Assembly (NCBI RefSeq): GCF_009914755.1
Contig: NC_060925.1
Reading direction: 5' to 3' (one strand)
DNA: 64,000 nt
From: the human T2T-CHM13v2.0 reference genome, Homo sapiens
Part shown: piece by piece, positions 14,196 through 27,440 of the stretch
Layout of the letters: every line of letters begins with the position of its first letter
How positions within the stretch are numbered: the first letter of the stretch is position 1
Made by a program: the position numbers and the translations under genes
The notes under the pieces: generated by a model
The model's database searches: none
What the model was told of the DNA's origin: nothing
The model's input: the letters and a program-made list of their open reading frames with translations, nothing else

Positions 14196-16949
14196 AAAGA
14201 AGAAGAAGAAGTGGAAGGCCAAGGTGGCCAGCCCCTAAACAAGGCTGGGTCTACTCAGTACTAGTAACCAGCAGCTGAGGTCAGAGAAGAGGAACAGAGA
14301 GATTGTATCCCTAGATCTATACCTAGAGCCTTTTGGCTTGTTTCCCAACTCTCCTCTGTGTGTGTATATTTGGATCTATATGTGCATACACGTGCAATAT
14401 TTTCCAGCATCATCCCCATCCAAATTATTCTGTCCTATTTTGAATACCCAGATCAAAACATATATCTAAACACTTCATTTAGAAAATATCATCACTCTGC
14501 AAATAGTGAATAATATTAGCTGCCCCTGATATTGTTCATTCTCTTATTTGTGGATGAGCACTTGACTGCCTGAGAAGTTTTCTAATCAACTCTTCAGGAA
14601 AAGAGGATAAGCTGTCTTCAGACACAAGAGAATCGTTACTTTTACTGTGGTGCCCCCTAGTGCTGTTCAGATTAGACTCACTTTCTATATTTGCCAAAAT
14701 ACAGACTACACAAGAGAAGCAAAATTTGGAGAGGTAACAATGTTGGTAATTTTTCCTGTATTTCCTTTGGCGTAGGAGAGAATGAAGCGTGTTCCTTTAG
14801 CATGATTCACAAGATCCTTTGTGAACTGCTCCCCACCTCCCCAGCTTTTCAGCTTCATCTCCACCACTTTCCCACAGGAACACTCAACTTGAGCTATTCA
14901 GAAAAACTTGCTGTTCTGCCTAGTAAGCCTTCTACCCCTACCCACCAATTCCCATCCGCTTGTCTGCTTAAATAATTTATCCTCCTCCTTCTAGTATTAG
15001 CTGAAGCATTATCTCCTCCTGCAGGTTTTCCTGACTCCCCAGAAGGCTGAGGCAGCCCTCCCTCCTCCCTCCTCTCATCTTCCCATTGTCCCTTGAGCAT
15101 GTCACTCTTTTGTCCCCACCCTGCATCTTGACTGTGAGTGTAAATAGTTCAAAAACCTTCTCCAATGGATGTTTATATCGCCAGTGCCTCAAATGGTACC
15201 TAGCACAAGTAAACACTCAATGGAAAAAAATCTGTGTAAGGATGGTTTCATTGATAATAAGAAGAACCATAGTGTAGGAATCAGGAGTTCTGGTGAATTA
15301 ACCAGCTAAGTGGTCACGAATGGTTCACCTACCCTCTCTAGGTTTCTGTTTTCTTATCTGTAAATAGACTATATCTAATACCTGCCCCCAAATTCAATGA
15401 TTCTATATGTTTAATACCTCCTTTAGAAGCCTCAAAATGCCTTATGACAAGCCAAGTCAACTTCAGATGTTAATTTTTTAATTCTCAAAGATTTGCTTAT
15501 GAAAAGCAAATTCAAATGCCTTTGAAATTATCTTATTTGCAGGTCTATTGTTAAAAAAGAACTTCTAAAAACTTTCTAAATGACATGGAGACATTTAAAT
15601 TAAGCTAATCTGAAACAATATTTTTTTCAGGCAAACTCCTCTTTCTCTTATTAAATGATACAAAGAAAGGTCCAAGTTGTAGCCCGAAACTTCATTAAGA
15701 AACTGTGAATTCTAATTCCAGCTTTCACTGATACAGAACTGGTCAACTCACTTTCTAAGTATCTCTACTTCTGTTGTTCCCAGCTGAAAAAAAAGTGATA
15801 AGAACTGAAAAAAAGTGATAAGTAGGAATTGCTGAAAAAAATCACTAAAAGCCTTCAGGTCTTTGAGCATGATGATAAAGGTGATATGAATCTTGGAAAA
15901 GCCAAGTTTCAATGGTTTCAGTGAGGTTTCTCACACCTTATAGGTCAGCTTTTTCTGCCTTTGTTCCATAGCTGAAGTTCCAGGTAAGACTGGAAGCCTG
16001 ACAATTTAAGTGGATGTCCCAATGTAATATCCAAACAGTGTGTATTGGTTTTGGTGACAGAAGCACTGAATTATATACCTTATGTCATGAATATTCTTAC
16101 AGGGCATTCACTTCTTTCCCTTTTCTAAACAGTGTGTTTTGCTAATCCAGAATAGGTTATTTAGATATGTACAGAATATATAACTTAAGTATAGAAAAGT
16201 ACATATGTGCAAATTTGATTCCCCTCAATCCCTTCTTAGGAGCCAGGAAATCCATAAGCTTAAACACAAATATACTAACTCACATTTTGTATTTCTCAAA
16301 TCCTTATATCCATTCTATGAATATATAAACTATATACTCATAAGATATTGAGCTGGAAGACATCTTATTGATCATTTGATCCTACTTTCTCATAATACAG
16401 ATTATAAAAATCAAGGCTCAAAGAGGAAAGTAAATTAGATGAGGAGTGGGTAGGGTCTAACTTTTTTTCTAGCATCTTAAAAACAAAATATTCTGCATTT
16501 CCTGCATGTAGATAGACCTAACCCAGTGATGAGAAAACAGAGGCTACTAAATAAACTTGATTGAAAGGAAAGCTGACGGCCAAATGGAGCTTGGTAGCTA
16601 TATCTGTATTTACAGAGCCATTCATGTAGGCAATTATTTTATAAGGCTAAAAAATTAAATCTAAGAAATAAAAGGGAAAATCACAATTATTTCCCAAAAA
16701 CCTTTCTCTCACAATAAAAGAGGTCCAATTTAACTGGGTAAATGGTGAGCATTTCAGCTCTATTTCACCTCCAATACACATCACTGTAACATTATGTCTT
16801 ATAAAATAGAGGTTTGACTTGCCTCATCACTACCAACACCACCACCACCACCACCACCCGATCCCTCAATCAAACTTCCAAACAGTATTGTAGATGAGTT
16901 TTAAATGGCTACTAGTCTATGTCTCTTTGTCAGCAGCTGCTCTACAATG

Positions 16950-17004
16950 TTCTCTCTCAATCTCTCTGTCTCTGTTTCTCTCTCTCTCTCAAACACACAG
17001 AAAC

Positions 17005-17039
<35 letters not shown>

Positions 17040-17042
17040 CAC
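16950..17042. repeat. (TC)n/(CA)n compound microsatellite in intron 1
   Basis: Visible directly. Confidence 0.9.
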
Positions 17043-17410
17043 TGCTGCTATCACTGCCACCAACATTATTTGGTAAACTATCAGGTTCTAGGGAAAACAC
17101 ACACAACCCATCTATGCTATCCTTCTCATAATGAAGTGTAAATAATAAATATAAGATTAAATGTAAGGACCCATTGTGCTGTCCCAGATCCTATAACAAT
17201 ATAAGAAATTACATTAGCTAATTAGAAATAAAAAAATTATAATTAACATCAAGTGAAGAACTTCAAATATCCTGAGCAAAAAAAAGAAATCTATTTTCAG
17301 AGTAGACAGGGCATGTTTCTTAAGCAAACAACTCAAATATACCACCTATGTCTTGCTTCCATCTCTGTGCCAGGACTATAGAAGCTAATTCTCCCCTAGA
17401 GATCACTCAC

Positions 17411-17413
17411 CAT
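17411..17413 (-). CDS. TNFSF4: Alternative first exon of TNFSF4: only the terminal ATG is coding (5' boundary not determined); would give M-VSHRYP..., lacking the TM domain
   Basis: Minus strand reads AAACCTCATG|GTGAGT, a consensus donor directly after an ATG, in phase 0 with exon 2. Consistent with my recollection of a short annotated OX40L isoform. Confidence 0.75.
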
Positions 17414-19123
17414 GAGGTTTAGTGTCCTAGAAACCAGCACCCTGCTTTTCTTCCCACAGCTTTCCTTCTGTCCCAGAGTTGCTGGATGACTTGTTGGAAA
17501 GGATCCCCTCTTTTTCTCAACATCTCCTGGATATTGATAGTCCAATGTGACCCCAACCACCAGCAAGCTGTACAACTGTGGTTCACCTTTTGCTCTCTCC
17601 TGCTCAGAGCCGTTGTGCAATCAGTTAGCCTTGAATGGAGCCATGTGTCCTGTGTTTTATCATCCCATGGTGTAAGGAAATATGTAACACTGTGGTTGTT
17701 AGAAAAAGCACTCTCAGGGCTCCCAGACTGGTGAATGCACTCAGCTGTTCTATATTTGGTTACTCTCTTTGTTTTCTTCTCAAAAGAGCCTAATTCCGGT
17801 TGATGTCTTGGGCATCCGGTCGATGTCTTGGGCATCCTGCCATGGACACCTTACTCTTCCCCCACACCCTCTCCCCGAGTCGCCTACTTTAATTTCACCC
17901 AAAGAGTTCTGCGAGAAGACATAAGAGTGTGGTGTGATGAGGAGAGGATCAATGTGTTGTTGTGCTCACTGTTCTGCAGACCTGAGCATGACACTAGCTA
18001 CACTTCTGGAATTTGGAGACACAAGCACTGTCTGTGGTACAGTGATCATAACCACACACACTCTTACCAGCCTCCATGCACTGAAAACCCTATTTCCTGT
18101 AGGCAGAAACAAGCCCAGGCATTTGCCAAGACTGCTCATCTCATTCTGGTTTCATTGGAGGTGCTTAATCTCAGACAAGACCATCAGAAATCAGTTTGTA
18201 TTACCTGAACTTTATCAGGGAGAAACATTTCTAACCCAAAGCAACCACCTAGAAAACAAGATTATCAGACTAGCTCAACAAAGGAACACGAAGAGAGTAT
18301 AGATTTATTTTTCTCCAGTGGCATCTTCTGCAGTGAAGAACATCCTTAAATACCTAATAATGTTTGTATATCTGAACTACTGAATAAGAAAAAATAATGC
18401 AAAAGAGAGAAGTGTGGAACAAGAATAAAGTGAAAGAAAAATGGAAATATTTTAACTATATGGGGAAAATACTAGAAGGATAATCTCCTACTACATGATG
18501 TATTTAATAAGGTAGGGAAAAGGTGAAATGATGTCTTTAAATTATGACTGGAAGAGATAGATTGTGAGAAACAATATCTGATTAAATCATTGGGGTGAAT
18601 GAGTGAGCACATAGGCACACACACATGCACGCACACATTGCTCCGCTATTAATATTGATACCTTCAGCATTCTTTACAAAGAAAATCACCTTGCAGGTCT
18701 ATAGGGTATATGAATATTATGGGAAAGTGGAACTGGTCTCTTTCCTATTTCCTTTTAATATTAATTGCCTGATCAAACACATTACTATCACAATGGGTAG
18801 ACCAGGTATATCAGTGACTCAAAGCTTCAAAGTGACAGCTTATAAAGGGATACAAGGAATCTTGCATTGCAAAGAAAAAGAAAAAGATCTAGAAGCTGTG
18901 CCTCTGCCCTACCTCCACTCTGCCCTACCACTGCCACTGCTGAAAAGAAGGAAGGAAAGGAGAGACAGAAGGGCGTTTAACCACACTTTACGATTGCTGT
19001 GGGGAGAGGGAAAAAAAACTCAACACTTTTGGCATAAGATTATTTCCAAGCGACTGTTTGCAGCTGTTGCAGCTGCCATCAGCATGAGCTGGTGGGAAAA
19101 CAGCGCCCAGTGGTGCATCTTAC

Positions 19124-19276
19124 CTGAAGAGCAGAGAAGTGCAGGCAGATGTAGGTGAAGCACAGGAGCAGCCCCAGTCCCTGAATTACAGAGGCCACCA
19201 GCAATAGCTTGTTCCTCTCGAATCTTGGCCTGGCTGCATTTCCCACATTCTCTTCCAGGGGTTGGACCCTTTCCAT
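19124..19276 (-). CDS. TNFSF4: TNFSF4 (OX40 ligand) coding exon 1: cytoplasmic tail and type II transmembrane segment, 51 codons
   Basis: Translates MERVQPLEENVGNAARPRFERNKLLLVASVIQGLGLLLCFTYICLHFSALQ, the recognised OX40L N-terminus. ATG at 19276-19274. Donor CAG|GTAAG at 19124/19123, phase 0. Confidence 0.98.
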
Positions 19277-19520
19277 CTTCACAATCTGGGTAGAGGGAAG
19301 ATGAAGATATGGAAAAGGGGAACGTGCGATAAAACTGAAGTTTTCCCCAGAAAGAAGGAGGTAAAGACAAAACAAAGCCTATCAATCAGAAAATAGGCAA
19401 AGGTCCCAGGGCCAGAGATAAAAGGCGATTGAAAGAGCAAAGCGGACTCTCTCAGTTTTAACGCTGCAACTTTTGCAGGCAGGCGGGGGAACTTCTTTGT
19501 GACTAATCTGAATTTCCCCT
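19277..19520 (-). promoter_or_regulatory. TNFSF4: TNFSF4 5'UTR and proximal promoter with two NF-kB-like elements and a TATA-like TTAAAA
   Basis: GGGGAACTTC at 19486-19495 (+) and GGGGAAATTC at 19510-19519 (-). TTAAAA on the minus strand at 19456-19461, about 30 nt upstream of a probable TSS near 19430. The OX40L/gp34 promoter is known to be NF-kB/Tax responsive. Confidence 0.8.
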
Positions 19521-21606
19521 TTACTTTCTTTCTTTTTTTTTTTCCTCTGGGCTAACAGGGAGTTGTTTTTGTGACATTCCAGTTCTGATTTGAGTGACTG
19601 TGAAATGACAGTCATAAAAGTATGCTATTTTCTTAACTTATTGCACCAGTAACAAATTGTGGGTCACTTGGTAAAGATAAAAATCATCATCCGTTAATGT
19701 AGCAGCTCATATATCCCTTCCCCAAGGTGTCTTAAATCATAGAAAAGATTTAGGGGAAATGCTGGCCCAAGGTTCTTATCTGCACTTTACTATGTAACTA
19801 AACATTGAACCCCTCTCACAGATTCAGAAAGAAAGCACACACAGATCATTCTTGAATGAAAAAGACAAAACAAGAAAATAGGACACTGGGTCATGCAGAA
19901 GTAAAGGAGAGATCCTTGGTTGTAGTCTATTGCATAAAAATAAACTACCTTTTGGAAGCATTTACTATGTGTCAGACACTGTGTTAGATGGACTTGCAAT
20001 CTTTCTCTCATTTAACCCTTTGAGGCAAATTCAATAAACAATTATATGATTAATTTTCTGCATACCAGAAAAGAAGCAGAAGGGTATCCTTGTCTCCTTT
20101 CCTTCCACTTCACATTTTTCCCGTACATAATTTTTCCATGAATGAACAAATGAATAGATGTAAATAAGCTTTGAAGATTATTTCTTTCTTTGAGGTCGTG
20201 GCTGGCCTCAGAACTTGGAAAGTAAGAGTATTCTATCAATAGACACCAGGTACCCTTTACCACTAAAATAAACAATGAAATGAAATAAATGATAAAATTA
20301 CTTATAATGTAAAGTTCAAATGGGCAAATATTTACTGAGTACATCACATGAGGCTGGCACTGTACTGGACAACATAAGGATGCTGGGGAAAAGCTGTTTA
20401 AGACGGAATTGTCTCTCTTTGTGGCCAAGTATGTCTCTCTCAGCTCCCCATGAGGCACCCAGCAGATATGTAAAGAAAGGAGGGAGAAATATTTTGGATA
20501 TTGACAGTATGAGTTGTTATACCACTTCACAGAAAAAATGGAAATGAGGCATACTTAAAAGAGAAAGTTTGTGGGAAATGTAAAGTACATTTATGACTAC
20601 AGTATTAATCAATTAAAATATGAATTAATACCTTCACTACAATAATTATGCCTTGCATTAGGAGAACATACTGGTGTTGAGAAATTTAAGTTTTATCTGA
20701 AAGATAAGGTAACTAAGGCACAATATCATAGACTCCAAGCCAAAACTAGAAATCAAATTGTATCCAAACATATTTGTCATAGTTATTCCCTTGAACAAAG
20801 CTTGTGTTACATACAGGGTGTGGAGAAAAAAGCTGAAGGAAAAATCAGTGTGTAAAGCCCAATTCTTGTGTAATAGTTCTTCATAAAAGAGTATTAAAAT
20901 CAGTAACTATTTACTCGTCAATTTTCAAAAAATGACTAAGAGTCACAGCAAAAAAAAAAAAAGCCATAAATACTATTGGAAACTAGAAATAAGCTGAAAA
21001 AGTAGTAAAAACTATTCATGCTGAAAATCGTAGATAACATTTTTAAATTACTGTCAAAAGAATGAAAAAAATAAACATTTACCATGCACATACTTGTACC
21101 TTAAGCAGCATTTCTTCTCAGTGTTAATATCATGGCTCCGAGAAAGAAAAATCTTTGCACAGAGTCATCTCTACCCACATTTAGGCTAACACTTGGATGA
21201 CACACCTCTCATTTTTATTGTCTTGTCGTCCTACTACCATATTTTGCCTAGTTGTAATTTTTGTTGATGTTTAAGTGATATTTTACACTTAATTGTCTCT
21301 TTTTTTATTGAACACGTTTTCACAGCTCTTCACATTCTTTGTGGGAAGAGATACACACACACCAGGCTGGAAGTTTCAGGCACAGATTTCTGATAGACTA
21401 TCTAGGCATTCCAAAGTTCATCATTGGGCTAGTCTAGCATTTGAACAAATGAAATCACTATTAGAGTTATCATTGCTGACCTTTCAGTCTCAGGCACATA
21501 AGCAGAGTCCTCCATCTTCAAAACGTTTTTCAAAAAATAAAGCTTAATTGTTTTTAAAGGGGTCAAATACGTTACTAAATCTATGGGCAATTTTTTTCAT
21601 TTGCAT

Positions 21607-21900
21607 TTATTTATTTATTTTAGAGACAGGGTCTCACTCTGTTGCCCAGGCTGGAGTAGAGTAGCACAATCATAGCTCACTGTAATCCGGAACTCCTGGG
21701 CTTGAGCGATCCTCCTGCCTCAGCCTCCCAAGTAGCTAGGACTATAGACACGCAACACCAGGTCTGGCTAATTTCTTTTAAAATTTCTTGTAGAGACTCC
21801 CTATGTTTCCCAGGCTGGTCACAAATGCCTAGCCTCAAGCAATCCTCCTGCCTTGGCCTCCCAAAGCACTGGGTTTATAGGCATCAGCCACCAAGCCTGG
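21607..21900 (-). mobile_element. AluJ-type SINE
   Basis: Antisense Alu with a (TTTA)n tail. Confidence 0.88.
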
Positions 21901-23995
21901 TGGCAATTTTTCTTAAAGTATCTCACAAATATTAAATACATAAGCACACCAGAGCAAATCAGCCTTAAAATAAAGCCACAGGATGTAAAATAAACCAAAG
22001 TAATTATCTTCCCATAGACTATTAACCTCCTAAATGAATAGCCATTTCAAGACTACAGAAAATATGGAAAAGAAAAGGGCTTTGACCACTCACAAGATAC
22101 CTCATGTTCAGAAAGAAGCAAAAAACATTTGGGTTTTTTTTTTTTCTTTGGTTTGAGGGTTTTGTTGTTGTTTGGATTTTTTGGTGTCTGGGTTTTGGTT
22201 TTGGGGTTTTTTGGTGATAAAAAAAATCTACATTTTTCATTTATCTCTAAGTCAGATTTTCATTTGTCCATTCAACAAGACTGAGCCAAATACTAGAGGA
22301 AAAGACACAAACAAAACACATTTTTAGTCCTCAGGGAGGTCACAGACAGGAAAGCGGAATCTCCACAACCTGGAAAGTTCTGGGTCCTAGGTATCAGTGC
22401 AGAAGGGAAGGGTGCAGGGGGACAGGTGCTAATCTACACTGGAATTAGGACAGGAACAGCTTCCTTGATCTGGGAGAAACGAGAAGCAGTCTGGCCATCT
22501 GGGGCACTGGGGAGGGGCAGTGCCTGTTGGGCCAGGAGTGAGGGCAGTGGAGCCTGTTTGTGCAGTGTCAGTTCAGGGAACTACAGCTGAAGAGGAAGAT
22601 GGTGAAGGAGAGTGGCTGCTGGAGAAGAGGCTCAGAAGAATCTGTCGTAAATGGACTTTTGTTACAAGTTAAGGACTTTGGACTTCATGCTGCAGCTACT
22701 GGAGAAACATGGAGAGGTTTGAAGCAGAATGTGATATGATATGATATGATTACATTTTAGAATTACAAAAAAAATCACTCTGACTGAGGGAAATAGAAAT
22801 GGCAGGTACTTCAGGAAATAATTCTAGGGGGGGGAAAAGAGACAGATATGGCAAGGCAGGATCAAGTTGGCCAACTGGGAGACATTTCCAGGGTGCTCTG
22901 TGCCAGCTGAGGGAATGAGTGAGATCTAAAATTCCACCTCTGCAGTCAGCTCTCTAAGCCCTCCATCCTGGTACAGGAAGTTTCCTCCTGCAGGAAGGGA
23001 TATGTTTATCATCCCACAAAGGTGAACTTTGCTTCCTAAGCCCTGAACAAAGGGCTGTACTCATTTAAATGCAGGCTCTTTTTCTAATTTATAAACCCGC
23101 AGGGGGTGCCTTGTTCTAAAACACACAAAGACAGTGGTATAAGCTAGGGACCTTGAGTCTGCAATGATTCAAGTGAGAAATAAGGTCCTAAACTAAAGCA
23201 GGGAGGACACAAATGGAGAAGACACTTACAGTGGCTCTTCATTCACCAGACATTCTGAGAGTGTACTCAGTGCCAATCTCTGAGCATACACAGGGAGTCA
23301 TAGATAAACTCTGCCCTGGGACAAGTGATAGAGTGATGTCGGAGGTGACAGAAACAAATGCATTTTCAAATGTCAAAATCTGATTTGTAATCTGCCTTTT
23401 CAACCTATTCCTGATCCTAATGTCACTGTCCTGGTTAATGTTTTTGTACTCCAGGACCTCAAAATCCAAGAATCAACTTTGAATCATCCTCGTTCCCAGT
23501 CATCAAGCTTTGTAGGCTAGCCCTGCAATGCAGTTTTTTCTTTCCTCCTCTTTGCCATTCCTATTGCTTCTAATCCAAACTCTTATTACTCCTCACTTGA
23601 GCTCCTGCAGTCAGCTCTCCAAGCCCTTCATCCTGGCACAGGTTTCCTCCTGCAGGAGTTCCAAGTTTTCCTTCCAAACTTATCTCCCTCTATTTTCTGA
23701 TTATTTCTAATATTCACTCTGCCTCAAACACCCTTACCCTCCACCTCTGACTATCAAAACCCTACACGTTACACATTCCCCATGAAGGGCTGTCCTGTGA
23801 GGTAGTGAGCTTGCTGTGTTCTAGAAGTACTAAACAAAACCTTGAAGAAATTCTGTTCAGAGAATTCTAGCATTGAGTAGATTGTTGATAGGATCAGTGG
23901 CTCCCAAAGCCTAGTTTATCATCTGAATCACTAGGAGAACTTTTTAATGATTCTGACTCCTAATACCTTCACTCTAGAAATTCTGATTCCTTGGG

Positions 23996-24418
23996 TGTCT
24001 TAGTCTATTTTGTGTTGCTGTAAAGGAATACACAAGGCTGGGTAACTTGTAAGGAAAAAAAGGTTTATTTGGCTCACAATTCTGACGGCTGCAACATTCA
24101 AGGTTGAACATTTGCATCTTGTGAGGGCCTCATGGTGCTTCTACTCATAGTGGAAGGTAAAAGAGAGCTAGAGTGTGGAGATATCACATGGTAAGAGAGA
24201 AAGCAAGATACAAGAGAGAGGTGCCAGGCTCTCTTTAACAACCAGCTCTTGCAGGAACAAATACAGTGAGAACTCACTCACCCCAAAAGGAGGGCATTAA
24301 TCTATTCATGAGAGACCTGCTTTCATGACCCAAACACTTCCCATTAGGCCCCACTTCCAACACTGGAGCTCAAATTTCAACATAAGGCTTGGAGGGGACA
24401 AACATCGAAACCATAGCA
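23996..24418 (-). mobile_element. MST-type MaLR solo LTR inserted in a MER5-like DNA element
   Basis: TGTCTTAGTCTATTTTGTGTTGCTG...AAACCATAGCA termini. Confidence 0.8.
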
Positions 24419-24640
24419 GTAGGTTTGGAGTGATGCCTTTTGAAGCCATATTTCTAAAATAGTCCATAAGAGCCAGACTTGTGAATCTCCCTAAACAACC
24501 ACTGAAGGTCTCTTTCACCATTACTTTCTATGATAGGAAGCCTCACCCGGATTTCCCAGAAGAATGCAGCTGTTTTCACCTCTGTGTTGAGAGCATTTAT
24601 TATGCTCTGTTTCATCTTGTAATTCTTTAAATCTATTTCA

Positions 24641-25004
24641 CGGGGAGGAGGGAGGAGGTGGGGATGGTTAGTGGGTACAAAAAAAAAAAAAAGAAAGAAT
24701 CAAAAGACCTACTATTTGGTAGCACAATAGGGTGACTATAGTCAATAATAACTTAATTGTATATTTTTAAATAAGTTAAAGAATGTAATTGGATTGCTTG
24801 TAACTCAAAGGATAAATGCTTGAGGGGATGGATATCCCATTCTCCATGATGGACTTATTTCACATTACATGCCTGTATCAAAATATCTTACATACCCCAT
24901 AAATACATATACCTACTATGTATTCACAATTTTTTAATTAATTTAAAACTTTTTTAAATAAAAAATAAAATAAAAATAAAATTTCAAAAATATACATAAA
25001 TAAA
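24641..25004 (+). mobile_element. L1MA-type 3' end with A-rich tail
   Basis: L1MA 3'UTR motifs. TSD TAAATCTATTTCA at 24628-24640 and 25005-25017. Confidence 0.85.
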
Positions 25005-25937
25005 TAAATCTATTTCAGTCTCCCCCATGATGCTGCAAGTTCCTGAGGTTAGGAGTCCTATATTGTACTCTCAGAGGGCCAAATTGAATTTGCCTGCAAT
25101 AGAGCTGAAACACACTGTTCACAGGACCAGAAATAATGAGAGTCTAAACAATACTGAAAACAGCACTATTAAATACAGAAGTCTCCTGGTAGCTGGACTT
25201 TGATCTTAGAGGTGAAAGATTAGCAAACCTGAAATGTACACTTTTCATTGAAACCGGATGCACACCATTAGTTCAAATACAAATGTGAACTCCTGTGATG
25301 ATATTCCATTTGGGTTTCAGACTCACTAGTCTCTCACTTGTCAACCCCTTTTGTTCTGATGCCAATTTTCCCTTTCATTCTTCATGTTGCTTAGTTTTGT
25401 TTTTTTTTAAATCTTGACCACTGGCAGTTATTTTAGGGCATGATGACAGATTCTAAAACTTAGTGGCACAAAACAGCTACTGAAATTTTTCTCTGAATGG
25501 AACTGTACCCATGATGTGCCACACCATTATAGAAAGCAAATATCTAGACAGACTTTTGACACACAAAAAATTACATTTTAAATTGCGTATTTAAAATATG
25601 TGTGCAACGACAAGAACATGTAAAAATCTATAAGTACATTTTTCAACTCACAATAGGATATAAGCAATTTTCTTTTTCAAAAAAATCAACTTTATTAAAA
25701 TATAATTTTAGACAATAAATTGCATTATTTAAAGTGTACAATTAGATGAGCTTTCACAATTGTATACACTCACAAAACCACCAACACAATCAAGATAAAC
25801 TTAATTCATCTTCAAAAGATAATTTTCTTTAAATAGAAATCATTCCAAAAGGAAATCTATACTGAATATATGAGACATTAATCCCCTCTTCTTTTCAGAA
25901 TAAATCCAACTGAGTATAAATTAGAATTAGCATAAAC

Positions 25938-26157
25938 CTATGTTTCTCAACTAAGGGTAGATTTGCCCCCTAGGGGTCATTTGAAAATATTTAGAGACAT
26001 TTTTGTTTATCTGGATTGGGGGTAGGGTGCCACTAGTATCTAGTGGATAGAGGCTGGAGATGTTAATAAACATTCCACTCAGACAATACCTCACCGCCAT
26101 CAACAACAAAGGACTATCAGCCTAAAATGTCAAGAGTGCTGAGGTGGAGAAACCCTG
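25938..26157. mobile_element. MER20-like hAT DNA transposon
   Basis: GTTTCTCAAC...TTTGCCCCCTAGGGG...GCTGAGGTGGAGAAACCCTG. Confidence 0.75.
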
Positions 26158-26269
26158 ATGTGGATACATCCATGCTCATAATTGATTAGGAATGAGGCAA
26201 TACAATATTCACTCTCTGAGTTTTTGCATATGTTTATTGTCCTGTCTGAAACACCTCTCCACTCCTCAG

Positions 26270-26440
26270 CAACCACCCTATGAAGCGGGTACTATTTTCT
26301 CCCCATTTTACAGTTGAGACGAACTGAGGCTTAGAGAGATGAACTAACTTGGCCAAGGTCACACACTTAGTACATGGCAGAGCTGGTATCCGAATCCAGC
26401 TTTGTTTACTCTGGAGCCTGTTCTTAAACTGTGTGTGATA
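26270..26440 (-). mobile_element. MIR SINE (one of many MIR/L2 fragments in the window)
   Basis: CCCCATTTTACAG...ACTGAGGCTTAGAGAG...GGCCAAGGTCACAC core. Confidence 0.8.
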
Positions 26441-26582
26441 CTACTGATCTTTTTAAATGAAATATAAGTTCTGCATCTGGCCTAGATGCCCAGTAAAGTT
26501 TATCTAAGCAGATATTAATACACCAAATGCACACAGCTACTAATCCAGTAAGAAAAAAATAACTTCTTCCTGTCAATTCGAT

Positions 26583-26804
26583 CAAGGGTGTTCAATCTTT
26601 TGGCTTCTCTGGCAACACTGGAAGAAGAAGAATTATCTTGGGCTACCATACAATACAATAACACTAATGATAGCTAATGAGCTAAAAAAAAGAATTGCAA
26701 AAATGTCTCATAATGTTTTAAGAAAGTTTATAAGTTTGTGTTGGGCTGCACTGAAAGCCGTCCTGGGCCACATGTGGACCACAGGCCACGGGTTGAACAA
26801 ACTT
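26583..26804. mobile_element. MER30-like DNA transposon
   Basis: CAAGGGTGTTCAATCTTTTGGCTTC...GGGTTGAACAAACTT. Confidence 0.75.
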
Positions 26805-27061
26805 AAATTAGATCTTTTCTTTTCAGATTATTGATGAATGGGAGTACATCTTCCATTTATTGTGTGCTTTCTCTGTGTCAGGCACAAAAGCTTTCTTTCA
26901 TTCAATCCTCCTGCGAACACTCTGCCTGGTTATTACTAACACATCTTTAACACAAGGAACCAGAATCTCAGGGTAACCTAAGCACAACAGCATTGGGAGT
27001 TAAACCAAGATCATCTGGGTTTGCCTGCTTGTTTAACTGTACCAGACCACTCAATTGCTGG

Positions 27062-27440
27062 TGTTATGGCCTGAATGTTTGTGTTCCTGCAACCCCCGAC
27101 CCCAAATTCATATGTTGAAGCCCTACCTCCAATGTGATTGTATTTGGAGATGGAGCCTTTGGAAAGTAGTCGAGTCATGAGGGCAGGGCCCTGGTCTGAT
27201 GGAATTTAGGGCCTTTAGAAGAAAAGACACCAGAGACCTTGAGCCATCTCTCTCTCCACCAAGTGAGGACACAGCAAGAAGGTGGCCGTCTGCAAGCCAA
27301 GAAAAGAACCCTCACCAGAACCCAACCATGTTGGCACACTGATCCAGAGTTCCAGCCTCCAGAACTGTGAGAAAATAAATTATTGTTGTTTAAGCACCCA
27401 CATTATGGGTGTCTTATGGCAGCCCAAGCAGACTAAGATG
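27062..27440 (+). mobile_element. MLT1A-like MaLR LTR
   Basis: TGTTATGGCCTGAATGTTTGTGT...CCAGAACTGTGAGAAAATAAA...GACTAAGA. Confidence 0.8.

Noticed and set aside
18625-19158. 177-aa plus-strand ORF antisense to TNFSF4 exon 1/intron 1
   Set aside because: No recognisable domain, low-complexity composition and no splice or promoter support; compatible with chance.
19020-19385. 121-aa and 98-aa minus-strand ORFs over exon 1
   Set aside because: One is an alternate frame. The other is the real exon 1 read through UTR and intron from a non-ATG start.
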